DNA of 64,000 nt from an uncultured Gammaproteobacteria bacterium (GTDB lineage Bacteria > Patescibacteriota > Microgenomatia > UBA8517), in the NCBI GenBank assembly GCA_964587425.1, contig CAZPLB010000003.1, forward strand, positions 60,763-124,762. The letters run 5' to 3'. Every line of letters begins with the position of its first letter. Positions within the stretch are counted from its first letter, which is position 1. The notes under the pieces are model-generated. The model made no database searches. It was not told the origin of the DNA and saw only the letters and a program-made list of their open reading frames with translations. Position numbers and translations under genes: made by a program. Of the stretch, positions 26,081 to 36,688 are shown one piece after another.

Positions 26081-27406
26081 ATGCGCAGACGCATACTATT
26101 CATATTAACAAGTCTTTTTGCAATTCCAGTGAGTGTTTACCTTGTTGGAAATGCAGTTGGTTTCTTTGGTCATGCAGGAGGGGTTCCAGCAAACTTATTA
26201 ATTGATTTAAGTACTTCTTTTCCAGACTCCCATTTTAATTGGAGAAATCTAGCCCAAGGAAACGAAGAGAAAGGAAGAATGCTAAGCCCAGTTATAACTC
26301 AAACCCAAGCACTCCACCCAAATTACATTAGGATAGATACTGCAATTGAGGATAGAGCAAGTTTAGATGGAAACATTAGTGATATTCAGGCAATTGGAGC
26401 CAGGCCTTTTATAGCAATTACAGGGGCTATACCAACAGATTGGGGAAGGTGGGAATCAATGGTTCAGGAACTGGTAGAGCACGTTAGTGGTAAAACTGGG
26501 TTAAATATTCCAAATGTTTACTATGAAGTTTGGAATGAACCAGACTTGTTTGGAGGCTACAAACTATATGGAAGTAGGAATTATATTGAGCTATATGCCC
26601 ACACGACAGCCGCAGCATCAAGGGCAAGAAACGTCAATTCCTTTAAAATTGGAGGCCCAGCAACAACTGCCCTCTATGAGAATTGGGTTACCCAATTCTT
26701 AACTGCAGCCATCCAGAGGCACTTAAGAGTAGATTTTTATTCCTGGCATAGTTATTCAAAAGATCTTGATAAATATGAAAGAGATTTAATTGACATCAAA
26801 AGCTGGCTCACAGAGCGTGTCCCAGGAATCAATCCAAACCTAGAGCTCGCAATTACAGAATTAGGTCCCAATAGCAACAATGACCCAGTCTATGACAATG
26901 GCTTTGGAGCAATTCATGCGCTAGCAACATCAACAGTGATGGAAGACACAGTAAATAAAGTCTTTAACTTTGAAATCAAAGATGGGCCTGGTGACAAACA
27001 ACTCTGGGGCAGGTGGGGACTCCTAACCCATGAAAAGTTTGGAACTCCTGTCACAAAGCCTCGATATAGTGCCATTTCATTTCTCAATAGAATGACAGGG
27101 GACAGAGTAAATATTGCAGGAGAGGGAAGCTGGATAAAAGCATTTAGTAAAAAAGATGGAAAGACAATCCGTACCTTTGTAGTTAACTATGACACAGAAG
27201 GCAAACACGTTGAAGCAGTCCCCATGACTTTTCAAAATATCCCGGTAGGGACTGCATCAGCCCAAAGAAATTTCAGATTCAGAAGAATTAACTATGGAGG
27301 GGGTGTTGCAAAAGATATCAATGTGGCAACTTCTTCAGCTGTGTGGCAAACATTCGAGTTGATGAATCCCAATACTGCTGCTATATTTGAAGTCACCCTT
27401 CCATAA
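26081..27406 (+). CDS. Membrane-anchored glycoside hydrolase, clan GH-A (GH39-like)
   Basis: N-terminal TM; YEVWNEPD acid/base, KIGGP, DFYSWHSY, AITELG nucleophile. Confidence 0.75.
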   Translation: MRRRILFILTSLFAIPVSVYLVGNAVGFFGHAGGVPANLLIDLSTSFPDSHFNWRNLAQGNEEKGRMLSPVITQTQALHPNYIRIDTAIEDRASLDGNISDIQAIGARPFIAITGAIPTDWGRWESMVQELVEHVSGKTGLNIPNVYYEVWNEPDLFGGYKLYGSRNYIELYAHTTAAASRARNVNSFKIGGPATTALYENWVTQFLTAAIQRHLRVDFYSWHSYSKDLDKYERDLIDIKSWLTERVPGINPNLELAITELGPNSNNDPVYDNGFGAIHALATSTVMEDTVNKVFNFEIKDGPGDKQLWGRWGLLTHEKFGTPVTKPRYSAISFLNRMTGDRVNIAGEGSWIKAFSKKDGKTIRTFVVNYDTEGKHVEAVPMTFQNIPVGTASAQRNFRFRRINYGGGVAKDINVATSSAVWQTFELMNPNTAAIFEVTLP

Positions 27407-28020
27407 TGAAATTACCAAAATCCCTGACGAATATTATTGAGTCCTTTGAAAAACTGCCAGGAATTGGTCCCAAAACTGCAGAACGTTTGGGTTTCTACCT
27501 CCTTAGAGTTCCTCAATCCCAACTCGAAGAGTTTGCAGAGAGTTTAACAAACCTTAAAAAACTAACAAAACTCTGCTCCATTTGTAAAAACACAGATGAA
27601 GTTGACCCATGCCACATCTGCAGTGATACCAAAAGAAACAGAGAAGCAATTATGGTGGTTGAAGAACCTCTTGATATTCTTTCTCTTGAAAAATCAGGAA
27701 AGTTTGATGGAACATATCATGTTCTCCATGGTGCCATTAACCCACTTGAGAATATCGGTCCAGATGAACTTTTCATTGAAGCCCTAATTAAAAGAGCTGG
27801 GACAGTGAATGGCCATACAGTAAAGGAAGTAATAATAGCTACAAATCCCACAATGGAAGGGGATGCTACAGCAATGTATATTTCAAAAAGGTTGAAAGAA
27901 AATGTAAAGCATGAATTAAAAGTAAGTAGACTTGGAATGGGAATTCCAACAGGAGCAGACTTAGGTTATGCTGATGAAACTACCCTTAGAGAAGCAATCC
28001 TGGGTAGACGTGAAATGTAA
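27406..28020 (+). CDS. recR: Recombination mediator RecR
   Basis: LPGIGPKTAERL HhH, C4 Zn finger, YHVLHG, IATNPTMEG. Confidence 0.97.
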   Translation: MKLPKSLTNIIESFEKLPGIGPKTAERLGFYLLRVPQSQLEEFAESLTNLKKLTKLCSICKNTDEVDPCHICSDTKRNREAIMVVEEPLDILSLEKSGKFDGTYHVLHGAINPLENIGPDELFIEALIKRAGTVNGHTVKEVIIATNPTMEGDATAMYISKRLKENVKHELKVSRLGMGIPTGADLGYADETTLREAILGRREM

Positions 28021-28025
28021 AAGAG

Positions 28026-28481
28026 ATGGTACAACTCAAACAAACTGCAAAACAGGCAGCCATAGCTACAGCTAAAATTATTGCCCGTGAAAGTTCAGAA
28101 ACTCTTAAATCAGCAAAAACACAATTTGGAATAGAGTCCACTCCCCAAAAAGCTGAAAAGAAAGAAGAACCAAAATCTCAAGAAGTTGAATTAAACAAAG
28201 CAAAATTAAGAAACCAAAGTGTTCGCCAAGTTCAAGCTTTAGAAAAAGAACTTGAAGATATACAAAGGATGAAGCTTCAGAGAAAACAAGAAGAACTACA
28301 GCAGGAAGAAATGAGAAAACAAGAAGAGGCAAGATCCAAAGAAACTGCAGCACCTGAAATACAAAGCAAAAAAGGAAGACGCATGATGGGGGCAATGAAA
28401 AAAGCAAAGACAACAGTTGTTAATCTTTTCAAGAGTAGAGCACAACAGCAAGTTGAAATGCGCCAACCCCCCTCAAGCTAA
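28026..28481 (+). CDS. Hypothetical charged coiled-coil protein
   Basis: 151 aa, rich in K/E/Q. Confidence 0.6.
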   Translation: MVQLKQTAKQAAIATAKIIARESSETLKSAKTQFGIESTPQKAEKKEEPKSQEVELNKAKLRNQSVRQVQALEKELEDIQRMKLQRKQEELQQEEMRKQEEARSKETAAPEIQSKKGRRMMGAMKKAKTTVVNLFKSRAQQQVEMRQPPSS

Positions 28482-28565
28482 ATTGAACAGCTATATTATG
28501 GAATATAATCTTCACGAAGATCGTTATGAATAGACAACACATATAGTTTAAGCTAAAATTCACTA

Positions 28566-29963
28566 GTGAAACTATATAACTCCCTCACAAAAAAAGTAGA
28601 AGTCTTTGAACCCATTAACCCTCCAAATGTTGGAATGTATACCTGCGGCATTACAGCATATGATTATGCCCATATAGGCCACGGTAGGAAATATACCATG
28701 GATGATATTTTACGACGCAGTCTGGTTTATCAAGGATATAAAGTTAATCACGTTCAAAATGTAACTGATGTAGGGCATTTGAGTTCAGATTCAGATGCAG
28801 GTGAAGACAAACTTGAAAAAGGAGCAGTAAAGCAGGGCAAAACAGTTTGGGAAGTTGCAGAATTCTTTACCGAAAACTTCTACGAGCAAATGGACAAACT
28901 TAACATTTTGCGACCAACTGTAATTTGCAAAGCTACAGATAATATCCCAGAACAAATTGAATTAATTAAAAAAATAATTGCAAATGGTTATGGGTATGAC
29001 ACTCCTGAAGCAGTTTACTTTGATACTCAGAAATTCAAAGGATATGGAGAATTGTTTGGGCAAAAGCTTGAAGAAAAACAAATTGGAGTTCGAGAGGAAG
29101 TTCAAACTGATGAAAACAAAAAGCACCCCGCAGACTTTGCACTATGGTTCAAGCGCGTTGGAAGATTTGCTGACCACACCATGCACTGGAATAGCCCATG
29201 GGGAGATGGGTTTCCGGGTTGGCATATAGAGTGTTCTGCAATGAGCATAAAATATTTAGGTGAACAGTTTGATATCCACACTGGTGGAGAAGACCATCTT
29301 CCCATTCATCACCCCAATGAAATAGCACAATCAGAGGCGGGAACGGGCAAGCATCCATTTGTGAAGTATTGGCTGCATTATGCATTTTTAACTGTAGATG
29401 GAGTAAAGATGAGTAAAAGCCTTGGAAATTTCTATACTGTTGATGATGTAATCAAAAAGGGCGTTAATCCACTAGCCCTCAGATACTTTTACCTTTCTGC
29501 CCACTACAAAAAACCTCTGAACTTTACTTTTGAAGCATTGGAAGGTGCCCAAAACGCTCTCGGAAGACTCAAAAGTACCCTCTCTGAATTAAAAAAAGAA
29601 AAAGAAAGAAACGTTCTCTCTCCAGAAAAAGAAAAAAAGATAGATTTATATAGACAGAAATTCACAGATGCCATTTCAAACGACTTAAATACTCCAGAAG
29701 CTCTCGCTGTAGTTTGGGAAGTAGTAAAAAGCAACATCCCAAGCCTAGATAAATACGACCTTATAATTAGTTTTGATGAAGTTTTGGGTTTAAAGTTAAA
29801 CGAAGAAGAAACTAGCGAGAAACCTGTAGTTACAAAAGAAATGGAAGAGTTAATTAAACAAAGAGAAAACTTCAGAAAAGAAGGGAAGTATGAAGAAGCT
29901 GACAAGATTAGGGAAGAGTTAATGAATTTGGGATATACTGTAAAAGATGCCCCAGCCAAATAG
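28566..29963 (+). CDS. cysS: Cysteine--tRNA ligase
   Basis: MYTCG.T.YD..HIGH, PGWHIECSAM, HHPNE, KMSKS. Confidence 0.97.
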   Translation: MKLYNSLTKKVEVFEPINPPNVGMYTCGITAYDYAHIGHGRKYTMDDILRRSLVYQGYKVNHVQNVTDVGHLSSDSDAGEDKLEKGAVKQGKTVWEVAEFFTENFYEQMDKLNILRPTVICKATDNIPEQIELIKKIIANGYGYDTPEAVYFDTQKFKGYGELFGQKLEEKQIGVREEVQTDENKKHPADFALWFKRVGRFADHTMHWNSPWGDGFPGWHIECSAMSIKYLGEQFDIHTGGEDHLPIHHPNEIAQSEAGTGKHPFVKYWLHYAFLTVDGVKMSKSLGNFYTVDDVIKKGVNPLALRYFYLSAHYKKPLNFTFEALEGAQNALGRLKSTLSELKKEKERNVLSPEKEKKIDLYRQKFTDAISNDLNTPEALAVVWEVVKSNIPSLDKYDLIISFDEVLGLKLNEEETSEKPVVTKEMEELIKQRENFRKEGKYEEADKIREELMNLGYTVKDAPAK

Positions 29964-30582
29964 CCAAAGACCAATCTACATCATTTTAATTCTCGCAATT
30001 ATCATTTCCATTGGCGGATTAGTATTTTCCCAGATGCAGCTTTCCCAGTTAAAGGAAGAAGTGTTTGTATTAACAAATTCGCCGTATAACCAATATGTTT
30101 CACCAACTCCATATGAACCTCAAATATCCATAACTCCAACCCCAAATGCACTGCCAGCAACCCCAACACCAACTCCAAAACCAACCGCAACTCCATTAGC
30201 TGTATCTCAATTCCCAAAAACTGTTTACGTACCCTTAGGTGGAGGAGGAAATACCCAAGCAACAGACTGGGTAGATGTTCCAAATGATGAGGTATGGCTT
30301 GATTTTGGTTCAGAATTTGGAAGTAAGGCCAAAGCAGTTTTTGAAGGAATCTTGAGAGTAGACAATGCAAATGGAACTGCATATGCAAGACTCATAGATG
30401 CAACTCATGGCATTGCAGTTAATGGTTCAGAAATAAGTTTGGAGAATAATTCACAGTTTAGTTTGAGTGTTTCGGGAAACCTTACTTTCTGGGCTGGGAA
30501 GAATTTGTATAAAGTTCAAATCAAATCTCTAAATTCCTCAACAATATATCTTGATTCAGCAAGGATTAAAGTAAGCTATTGA
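29947..30582 (+). CDS. Membrane-anchored hypothetical protein with Pro/Thr linker
   Basis: N-terminal TM, PTPTPKPT linker, beta-rich C-terminal domain. Confidence 0.7.
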   Translation: MPQPNSQRPIYIILILAIIISIGGLVFSQMQLSQLKEEVFVLTNSPYNQYVSPTPYEPQISITPTPNALPATPTPTPKPTATPLAVSQFPKTVYVPLGGGGNTQATDWVDVPNDEVWLDFGSEFGSKAKAVFEGILRVDNANGTAYARLIDATHGIAVNGSEISLENNSQFSLSVSGNLTFWAGKNLYKVQIKSLNSSTIYLDSARIKVSY

Positions 30583-30615
30583 TTACGAATATCTAGTCTA
30601 GTAGAATACCTACAC

Positions 30616-32697
30616 TTGATGGAACTCTATCCAATTAGGTATAAATCTCCGATTTTAGATGCCAATGGGCAAATACAGGACTTTCATGAAGTTGAAGTTT
30701 ATCCAACCTCTCTAACTGATAGAGTGATAGCTTCGCAATCTCCAATAGAACAAGAAAGATTAGTAAGAAAACAGCTCACTTATCAAAGAGAATCAGTGGC
30801 AAATTTTGTGGGATTAGAAAAAGATGTAGAAATTACTTCGACAACACTCCATCTTGCCGAGTTAGCACTGGATCTAGAGGCAAGATCTTTCCACACAAAC
30901 TATTTAAAAGCACGTTATGGAGAAGCACGAAGTATTTACGAAACTGACAAGAAAGTACTGAAAGGTAAGAGGAAATACAATAGGGTGGAACAATGGCAAA
31001 AAGAAAAAAATACATGGGAACAGATTATTGATGATGCCAAGATTTTGGAGGGCTGCATTGCCAATATTATTGTAAAAGATTTTTTTTTGACAGAAGGTGG
31101 CATAGGACAACTCGAAATAGCAATTGAAGAGATCAGAGAAAGTGCCCCTGAATCTATAGAGAATATAAGAAAACTGTTGGGTTTCGCATCAGAGTCTCTA
31201 GGAGAAACTAGAATAATAAAAGACCCATCTGGATTTAGATATAAAACTCAAGATGGACAAACAATTACATCCCAGACAGATGGTGTATTAAAATCGATTA
31301 CGGAAAGAGCGTTTGACCCTCAAGAGAAGGATCCTGTATCTAATGGAATAAGTGAAATCTCACAAGAAATCTTAGAGTTCTACTGGAAAAACGCCACAAG
31401 TGTATTAGATAAGTCGGAATATCCTCTAATTTCAATCACATACGATATTCTTTACTCTGCAAGTGATACGTTTAACCCCGAACTTTTTACACTTTGCATG
31501 ACTTGGTTAAACAGCAAAATTAATTCTCACAAAAATCGCTACTCCACCGAGTTCAATCTTTTCGTGGACCATTGTTTTCAGGATTTTTTGAAACAAACCA
31601 GGACTACCCTGCATTCAAATTTAAGATTCAGACCTGATATTTCCGAGGAACAAAAAATCCTAGAAGGTATACAAACTGTTCAAAGTTTTTGGGTATTTAC
31701 TCAAAACAAAAAGGGTGTGTTTGTAGTCAGTGGAGACGAAAACAGATTTAAATCACTTAGCGACGACGAACAGAGAGTGCTTACTCAATTAATAGATCAC
31801 TCTGCTTTTACTGCATATTTAATGGATTCCGTCACATCAAATGTCAGCTCATTCCTGCCAGAACATATGATAAATAATAGGTTGCTTGAATTAAATTTAC
31901 TATCAGCCGCATTGAGGGATTATGAAGAAGCTGGATTATTGAGACACATTTTAAATAAAGACGAATTAATAGAAGAAGGCAACTTAACGAATCTTTTTGG
32001 AACTAAAACCAATAAGATGGAGCCCAAAAATTACATTGTTAGGCACAAAGAATTACAAGATCAATATAAAAATATTAGGGATAACTATCAATATTTTATT
32101 GCTCTTAATGGCGACCAGTTTATTGCACAGTATGACGAAGACCTAAGAATAAATGGTGTGCAAAGTATTACTTTTTTTTCAATTCACAGCAGACCACAGA
32201 GCCACAAGGTTATTATTCGCACAAACGAAGTATCTGCCACATTTTATATCAGTGAAAACGGTAATCTCATGCACCCTTCAGGAAAACAAACAAGATTACC
32301 ACTTTATGTTGTAAACAAGATTACAAATATTATTTTCTCCAGACTCGAATACATAACGAGCGGGGAAGCATTTCGTGGACAAAATGAAAACGGAGACACA
32401 ATAGAAAGAGAGGATAAACAGGCAAGATTAATACTCGCACGAAGATCTCATTGGAGGAAGTTGCCAGGAGATAGATACACACTTGAATCTAAAACCGCAA
32501 AAGAACATATACAAGAGGTGTTCGAAGATTACGGTATCAGTACCTGGCAGGAAATCCTAAGGAGAAGAGTAAAAGGAACTTTATCCCCTCAAGAAGTAAT
32601 GACTTATGTCAAAACGGTCCTAAAACCAGGAGCCGAACCAAATATTATAAAATATGAACCAAATTCAAAAGTTGCAACTTCCCAGTCTAACTTGTAA
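30616..32697 (+). CDS. Large hypothetical protein
   Basis: 693-aa uninterrupted ORF; TAGAAT upstream; no recognisable family. Confidence 0.75.
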   Translation: MMELYPIRYKSPILDANGQIQDFHEVEVYPTSLTDRVIASQSPIEQERLVRKQLTYQRESVANFVGLEKDVEITSTTLHLAELALDLEARSFHTNYLKARYGEARSIYETDKKVLKGKRKYNRVEQWQKEKNTWEQIIDDAKILEGCIANIIVKDFFLTEGGIGQLEIAIEEIRESAPESIENIRKLLGFASESLGETRIIKDPSGFRYKTQDGQTITSQTDGVLKSITERAFDPQEKDPVSNGISEISQEILEFYWKNATSVLDKSEYPLISITYDILYSASDTFNPELFTLCMTWLNSKINSHKNRYSTEFNLFVDHCFQDFLKQTRTTLHSNLRFRPDISEEQKILEGIQTVQSFWVFTQNKKGVFVVSGDENRFKSLSDDEQRVLTQLIDHSAFTAYLMDSVTSNVSSFLPEHMINNRLLELNLLSAALRDYEEAGLLRHILNKDELIEEGNLTNLFGTKTNKMEPKNYIVRHKELQDQYKNIRDNYQYFIALNGDQFIAQYDEDLRINGVQSITFFSIHSRPQSHKVIIRTNEVSATFYISENGNLMHPSGKQTRLPLYVVNKITNIIFSRLEYITSGEAFRGQNENGDTIEREDKQARLILARRSHWRKLPGDRYTLESKTAKEHIQEVFEDYGISTWQEILRRRVKGTLSPQEVMTYVKTVLKPGAEPNIIKYEPNSKVATSQSNL

Positions 32698-32706
32698 AGT
32701 TAAAGC

Positions 32707-33510
32707 ATGAGAAAGATATTCTTAATCCTAGTATTCACTTTTTTAACACTAGGTACCTTCAAAAGCGTAAAAGCCCAAACCTTTGACTATAATCGTGCAT
32801 ACCAGGATTATGTATATAACCTTAGTCTCTACCAGAAAGCACACACTGATTACCAACTGGCAAGAGCTGCGTACCTGCAGTCCCAAACTTCAGGAACAAC
32901 AGGAGATGCAGTTAAAGCAACACGTACTATGCTTGAGGCCAGAGATAGTGTAGTAATCACATATCTTACAGCTATTCGTATGAAGCTTCTTGAAACAAAA
33001 GGAGTAAGTGATTCTGAAAAATCAGGTTACTTCACCCAAATTGATACAGAAGTATCATGGTGGGGAAGCCACAAAGCAAGGTTAGAGAGTGCCGGAAGCC
33101 TAGATGACTTAGTATCCGATTCAGATGAAGCAAAAGATCACTTTGGACCAGCAAAGATATTAATGTATCAAACATTAATTGAAATTGGAGTAAGTGAAAC
33201 AACATATCAAAGAACTGCAATGAAATCAGTAATTGATCTTTTAAATCAAAAAATTGCAGAAATACGCTTGAATGGTGACAAAGACACCACCTCAATTGAA
33301 AGATTTTTAGTTGAAGTAAATAATAAACTAAGTAGAAGTGAAGTGAAAGAAGGAGAGGCTAAAAACATAGTTAGTTCCATAAAACCAACAACCCAGGACA
33401 CATCAAGCGCTTTCCAAACTGCAGTATCAGATGTTGAAGATTCTCTTTTGTACCTGAAGGAAGCAAACAAGAATTTGAAAGAAATTGTAACTCAGATAAA
33501 AACAAACTAA
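32707..33510 (+). CDS. Secreted helical/coiled-coil hypothetical protein
   Basis: Signal peptide ending VKA-Q; helical pattern. Confidence 0.75.
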   Translation: MRKIFLILVFTFLTLGTFKSVKAQTFDYNRAYQDYVYNLSLYQKAHTDYQLARAAYLQSQTSGTTGDAVKATRTMLEARDSVVITYLTAIRMKLLETKGVSDSEKSGYFTQIDTEVSWWGSHKARLESAGSLDDLVSDSDEAKDHFGPAKILMYQTLIEIGVSETTYQRTAMKSVIDLLNQKIAEIRLNGDKDTTSIERFLVEVNNKLSRSEVKEGEAKNIVSSIKPTTQDTSSAFQTAVSDVEDSLLYLKEANKNLKEIVTQIKTN

Positions 33511-33514
33511 AAAT

Positions 33515-33985
33515 ATGCCAGACATTTTAAACCAAAATACAACACCAGTTCCACCATCAGCGCCAATTGTGCCTCCTGTAAAGCCGAAATTGACACTTGC
33601 CTTACCTCAAGGCGTAAAAAACATAGCCTCAGACAAGTTAGTTGTAGTAAAACAGAAACTAAATGGATTAGATCCAAAAAGAAAAAAGATTGTTATAGGT
33701 ATTGGAGTTCTTTTTGCAGTTATATTCCTTCTCCTTCTTTTAAATATAGTGGCAGCCATGTTCAGGCGTCCATCAGCCCCAGCACCATCTCCAACTCCGG
33801 TGAATACCAATCAAGGGAGTCCTAATCCAATCATAATCACAAATCCAAGCCGTTATGCAACAGATGAAGGAGTATTAAAAATTGAAAGTAATTTAAATGA
33901 GATAGAGAAGAGTCTTAATGCTATTAATCCTCAGCATCCAGAAATTGCTGTTCCAGACCTGGATTACAACATTAAATTTCAGTAA
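33515..33985 (+). CDS. Single-TM hypothetical protein
   Basis: Pro-rich ends, one TM. Confidence 0.7.
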   Translation: MPDILNQNTTPVPPSAPIVPPVKPKLTLALPQGVKNIASDKLVVVKQKLNGLDPKRKKIVIGIGVLFAVIFLLLLLNIVAAMFRRPSAPAPSPTPVNTNQGSPNPIIITNPSRYATDEGVLKIESNLNEIEKSLNAINPQHPEIAVPDLDYNIKFQ

Positions 33986-34005
33986 ATATAAAGTCTCCAA
34001 CGGGA

Positions 34006-34377
34006 TCAAAAACTAATCTTCTTGAGGTTAAAAGCTGGTACTTCTTCCCTTGGCTCAGAATAGTTATTTGTAGGCGTAGTATGGTTCTTGATAATGAGCC
34101 CAATACTATCTATCTGAGGGAATGTTTTTCTAATTTCTTCCTGAAATTTCCCAGCCAAACCACCGGAATAGCTGCCATATCCATTGGCCTCGCTTCGTCC
34201 GCACAGTTTATCTTCCCAAGTTCGAATTACAGACTGTATCTTCTCACCAATTTTATTAAACTCAGTCTGAAGATTTTCAGGGTTCAGTGCATATTCATCG
34301 TGAATCTTTTTGAATTCATCAAAAAGATCTTTATTGTTTGTAAGCATTAACTCGTAATACTCTTTATATTTTGTCAT
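34006..34377 (-). CDS. Hypothetical protein
   Basis: 123-aa ORF with native Lys-rich composition. Confidence 0.7.
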   Translation of the reverse strand: MTKYKEYYELMLTNNKDLFDEFKKIHDEYALNPENLQTEFNKIGEKIQSVIRTWEDKLCGRSEANGYGSYSGGLAGKFQEEIRKTFPQIDSIGLIIKNHTTPTNNYSEPREEVPAFNLKKISF

Positions 34378-34429
34378 AAAATCTCAAGCTATGCTTATAC
34401 TTAGTCACTTGAAAATGATATTTGAAAAT

Positions 34430-35440
34430 TCAAGATGTAGCAAGTAGTTTTTTAATTGCCCGAGCTATCTTGTCAGAATCATGGCGTGCCAAACTTCTTG
34501 TTAATTTATCACTTTTTGGTTTTTCGTAAATTACATCCGAAATTAAGTTGCGCCTGCTTATCTTCATTTTTTTATATTTACTGTCCAAATCATCAATAAC
34601 AGGTTCCGATAATTCCTCTCTGTATTTTCTTAAAATCTTTGGAGGAATATTAATAGAATTGTTAATTAGACAGTAATTAACTCTATCTTTGCCAATATAT
34701 TTCTCGACTTCAGAAATAAAATCACTTGCCTTAAATTTTCCAGTTTGTCCAAACTTGGTCATAAGATTCATTACATAGATAACCTTTGCTTTAGATTTCT
34801 GTATTGCTTGGGCAATTCCATCAACCACAACATTGGAAAGAGTACTAGTGTAAAGATCTCCAGGACCCAATATTATGAGATCAGCAACTTTTATCTCATT
34901 TAGTGCTTCCTTGTTTGCTTCAACCTGCGGAATCACCTCCAAATTCACAATTCTATACTTCCCCTGCTTCCTATTAATTTCATCTATAGCGTGCTCGCCA
35001 AGAATCTGTTTCCCATTCTCATAGCGTGCAACTAGGTTAGTTTTTTCAAATGTGACAGGAATAACTTTTCCTTTTACTTCAAAAATCTTGCATGTTTCCT
35101 CAATTGCCTTTTCCTGATCACCACCATAAATATCACTCAATGCTGCCATGAATAAGTTTCCAAAAGTCATCCCAGAGATTCCAGTTCCAGAACTATACCT
35201 GTATGTAAAAAGTTTCCTCAAAACCTCATCTGATTCATTCGAAGCAAGCGCCAGAATACATTGCCTAACATCAGAAGTGGGGAGTAATCCAAACTCATCT
35301 CGTATAACTCTGTTGCTCCCTCCATCATCCATCATGGAAACAATAACACTTAAATCAAATTCAGGATATTTTTTTAAACCACTCAAAACTGTGAAGGTTC
35401 CAGTTCCACCGCCAATTGTAACCACCTTCAACTTTCTCAA
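34430..35440 (-). CDS. YvcK/GlmR (CofD-like) UDP-GlcNAc-binding protein
   Basis: VVTIGGGTG, DDGGS, DVRQC, GNL, ILGPGDLYTS; TTG start at 35440 after TGC-TATACT. Confidence 0.88.
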   Translation of the reverse strand: MRKLKVVTIGGGTGTFTVLSGLKKYPEFDLSVIVSMMDDGGSNRVIRDEFGLLPTSDVRQCILALASNESDEVLRKLFTYRYSSGTGISGMTFGNLFMAALSDIYGGDQEKAIEETCKIFEVKGKVIPVTFEKTNLVARYENGKQILGEHAIDEINRKQGKYRIVNLEVIPQVEANKEALNEIKVADLIILGPGDLYTSTLSNVVVDGIAQAIQKSKAKVIYVMNLMTKFGQTGKFKASDFISEVEKYIGKDRVNYCLINNSINIPPKILRKYREELSEPVIDDLDSKYKKMKISRRNLISDVIYEKPKSDKLTRSLARHDSDKIARAIKKLLATS

Positions 35441-35492
35441 GGTAAATATAAGTATAGCAATCAAGTCAATATATCTGGTAAAATACAAGTCC

Positions 35493-36674
35493 ATGTTTAA
35501 AAACAATAAAAACCTACTTGTGATCTCAATTATTGCTGTTGTTAACGCTCTTGGCTATGGAATTATTATTCCAATTCTGTATTCGTACTCTCAAAAGTTT
35601 GGTCTTTCTGACTTTCAAAATGGACTCCTCTTTGCCTCATTTTCCTTGTGTCAATTCATATCAACACCAGTTATTGGAAGACTATCTGATAAATATGGAA
35701 GAAGACCTCTCTTAATTATCTCACTCCTTGGAACAGTTGGTTCGTTTTTGATGATGGCCTTTGCACCGAGTGCTATATTTCTATTTTTAGCCCGTGCCCT
35801 TGATGGACTAACTGCAGGCAATATTCCTGTAGCTATGGCAGTAATCTCAGACACCACAAAACCGGAGGACAGAGCAAAAGGGTTCGGTTTAATTGGAGCT
35901 GCTTTCGGTTTTGGCTTCGTAGCAGGCCCTGCAATTTCAGCGCTGACAGTAGGGTTGGGTACAGCTGTGCCATTTCTTATAGCAGCTGCAATCACAATAA
36001 TTGCTGTGATTTTAACAGCTGTGATACTGCCGGAGACTAATAAAAATATGGGTGAAGTAAAACACACCAAAATGTTTGATTTTCCAAAACTGGCAAAAGC
36101 AATTTTTGATGAAAATGTCGGTAAAACACTTCTTGTATCTCTTATTTTTTCAATTGCCTTCGGTTTGCTGATATACGCATATCAGCCATTCTCGGTGAAG
36201 ATATTAGGTTTAGATGCAAGGCACATTGCTCTTAACTTTACAATCTTTGGCATTGTTGGATTAATTGCCCAAGCATTAATTATTCCCAAAACTGTTGGAA
36301 AAATAGAGGACAAAAAGATTCTAGTTGGCGCTTTGATGTTTTCAGTCCTTGCCTTCTTTGGTCTTTTTGTTGCCAGAAGTTATGCTGTTTTCATACTTTT
36401 TTCAATGTTCGTTTCTTTGTCTAACGCATTTGTAAATCCAATCATAGGAACACTTCTCTCAAAAGAAACTGACGAAAAGTCACAAGGGGAAATGATGGGA
36501 GTAAACGCAAGTTATGTAAGTATCGGTACAATTGTTGGACCAATCCTGGGTGGAGCACTGGCAACGCTTTCTATTCCAATGCCTTTTCTAGGAGGAAGTC
36601 TTTTTGCAGTATTGTGTGTAGTTTTTGCATACCAAATCTTCAAGAAGCCTGCAAAAGTAGTTAGTTTGGAGTAA
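35493..36674 (+). CDS. MFS transporter, TetA/DHA1-like
   Basis: GRLSDKYGRRP motif A, GFVAGPAI motif C, about 12 TM; ATG 35493 after TGG-TAAAAT. Confidence 0.9.
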   Translation: MFKNNKNLLVISIIAVVNALGYGIIIPILYSYSQKFGLSDFQNGLLFASFSLCQFISTPVIGRLSDKYGRRPLLIISLLGTVGSFLMMAFAPSAIFLFLARALDGLTAGNIPVAMAVISDTTKPEDRAKGFGLIGAAFGFGFVAGPAISALTVGLGTAVPFLIAAAITIIAVILTAVILPETNKNMGEVKHTKMFDFPKLAKAIFDENVGKTLLVSLIFSIAFGLLIYAYQPFSVKILGLDARHIALNFTIFGIVGLIAQALIIPKTVGKIEDKKILVGALMFSVLAFFGLFVARSYAVFILFSMFVSLSNAFVNPIIGTLLSKETDEKSQGEMMGVNASYVSIGTIVGPILGGALATLSIPMPFLGGSLFAVLCVVFAYQIFKKPAKVVSLE

Positions 36675-36688
36675 ACTGCACTTCACTT

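Noticed and set aside
30100-30196. CCAAC-rich repeats
   Set aside because: They encode an ordinary Pro/Thr linker of a surface protein
35148-35506. Long N-terminal extensions of the MFS (35148) and YvcK (35506) ORFs, likewise 50011, 23152, 46423, 53283, 58157 and 63529
   Set aside because: They overlap neighbouring genes or precede the conserved N-terminus; downstream starts fit family N-termini and, in most cases, a nearby -10 box
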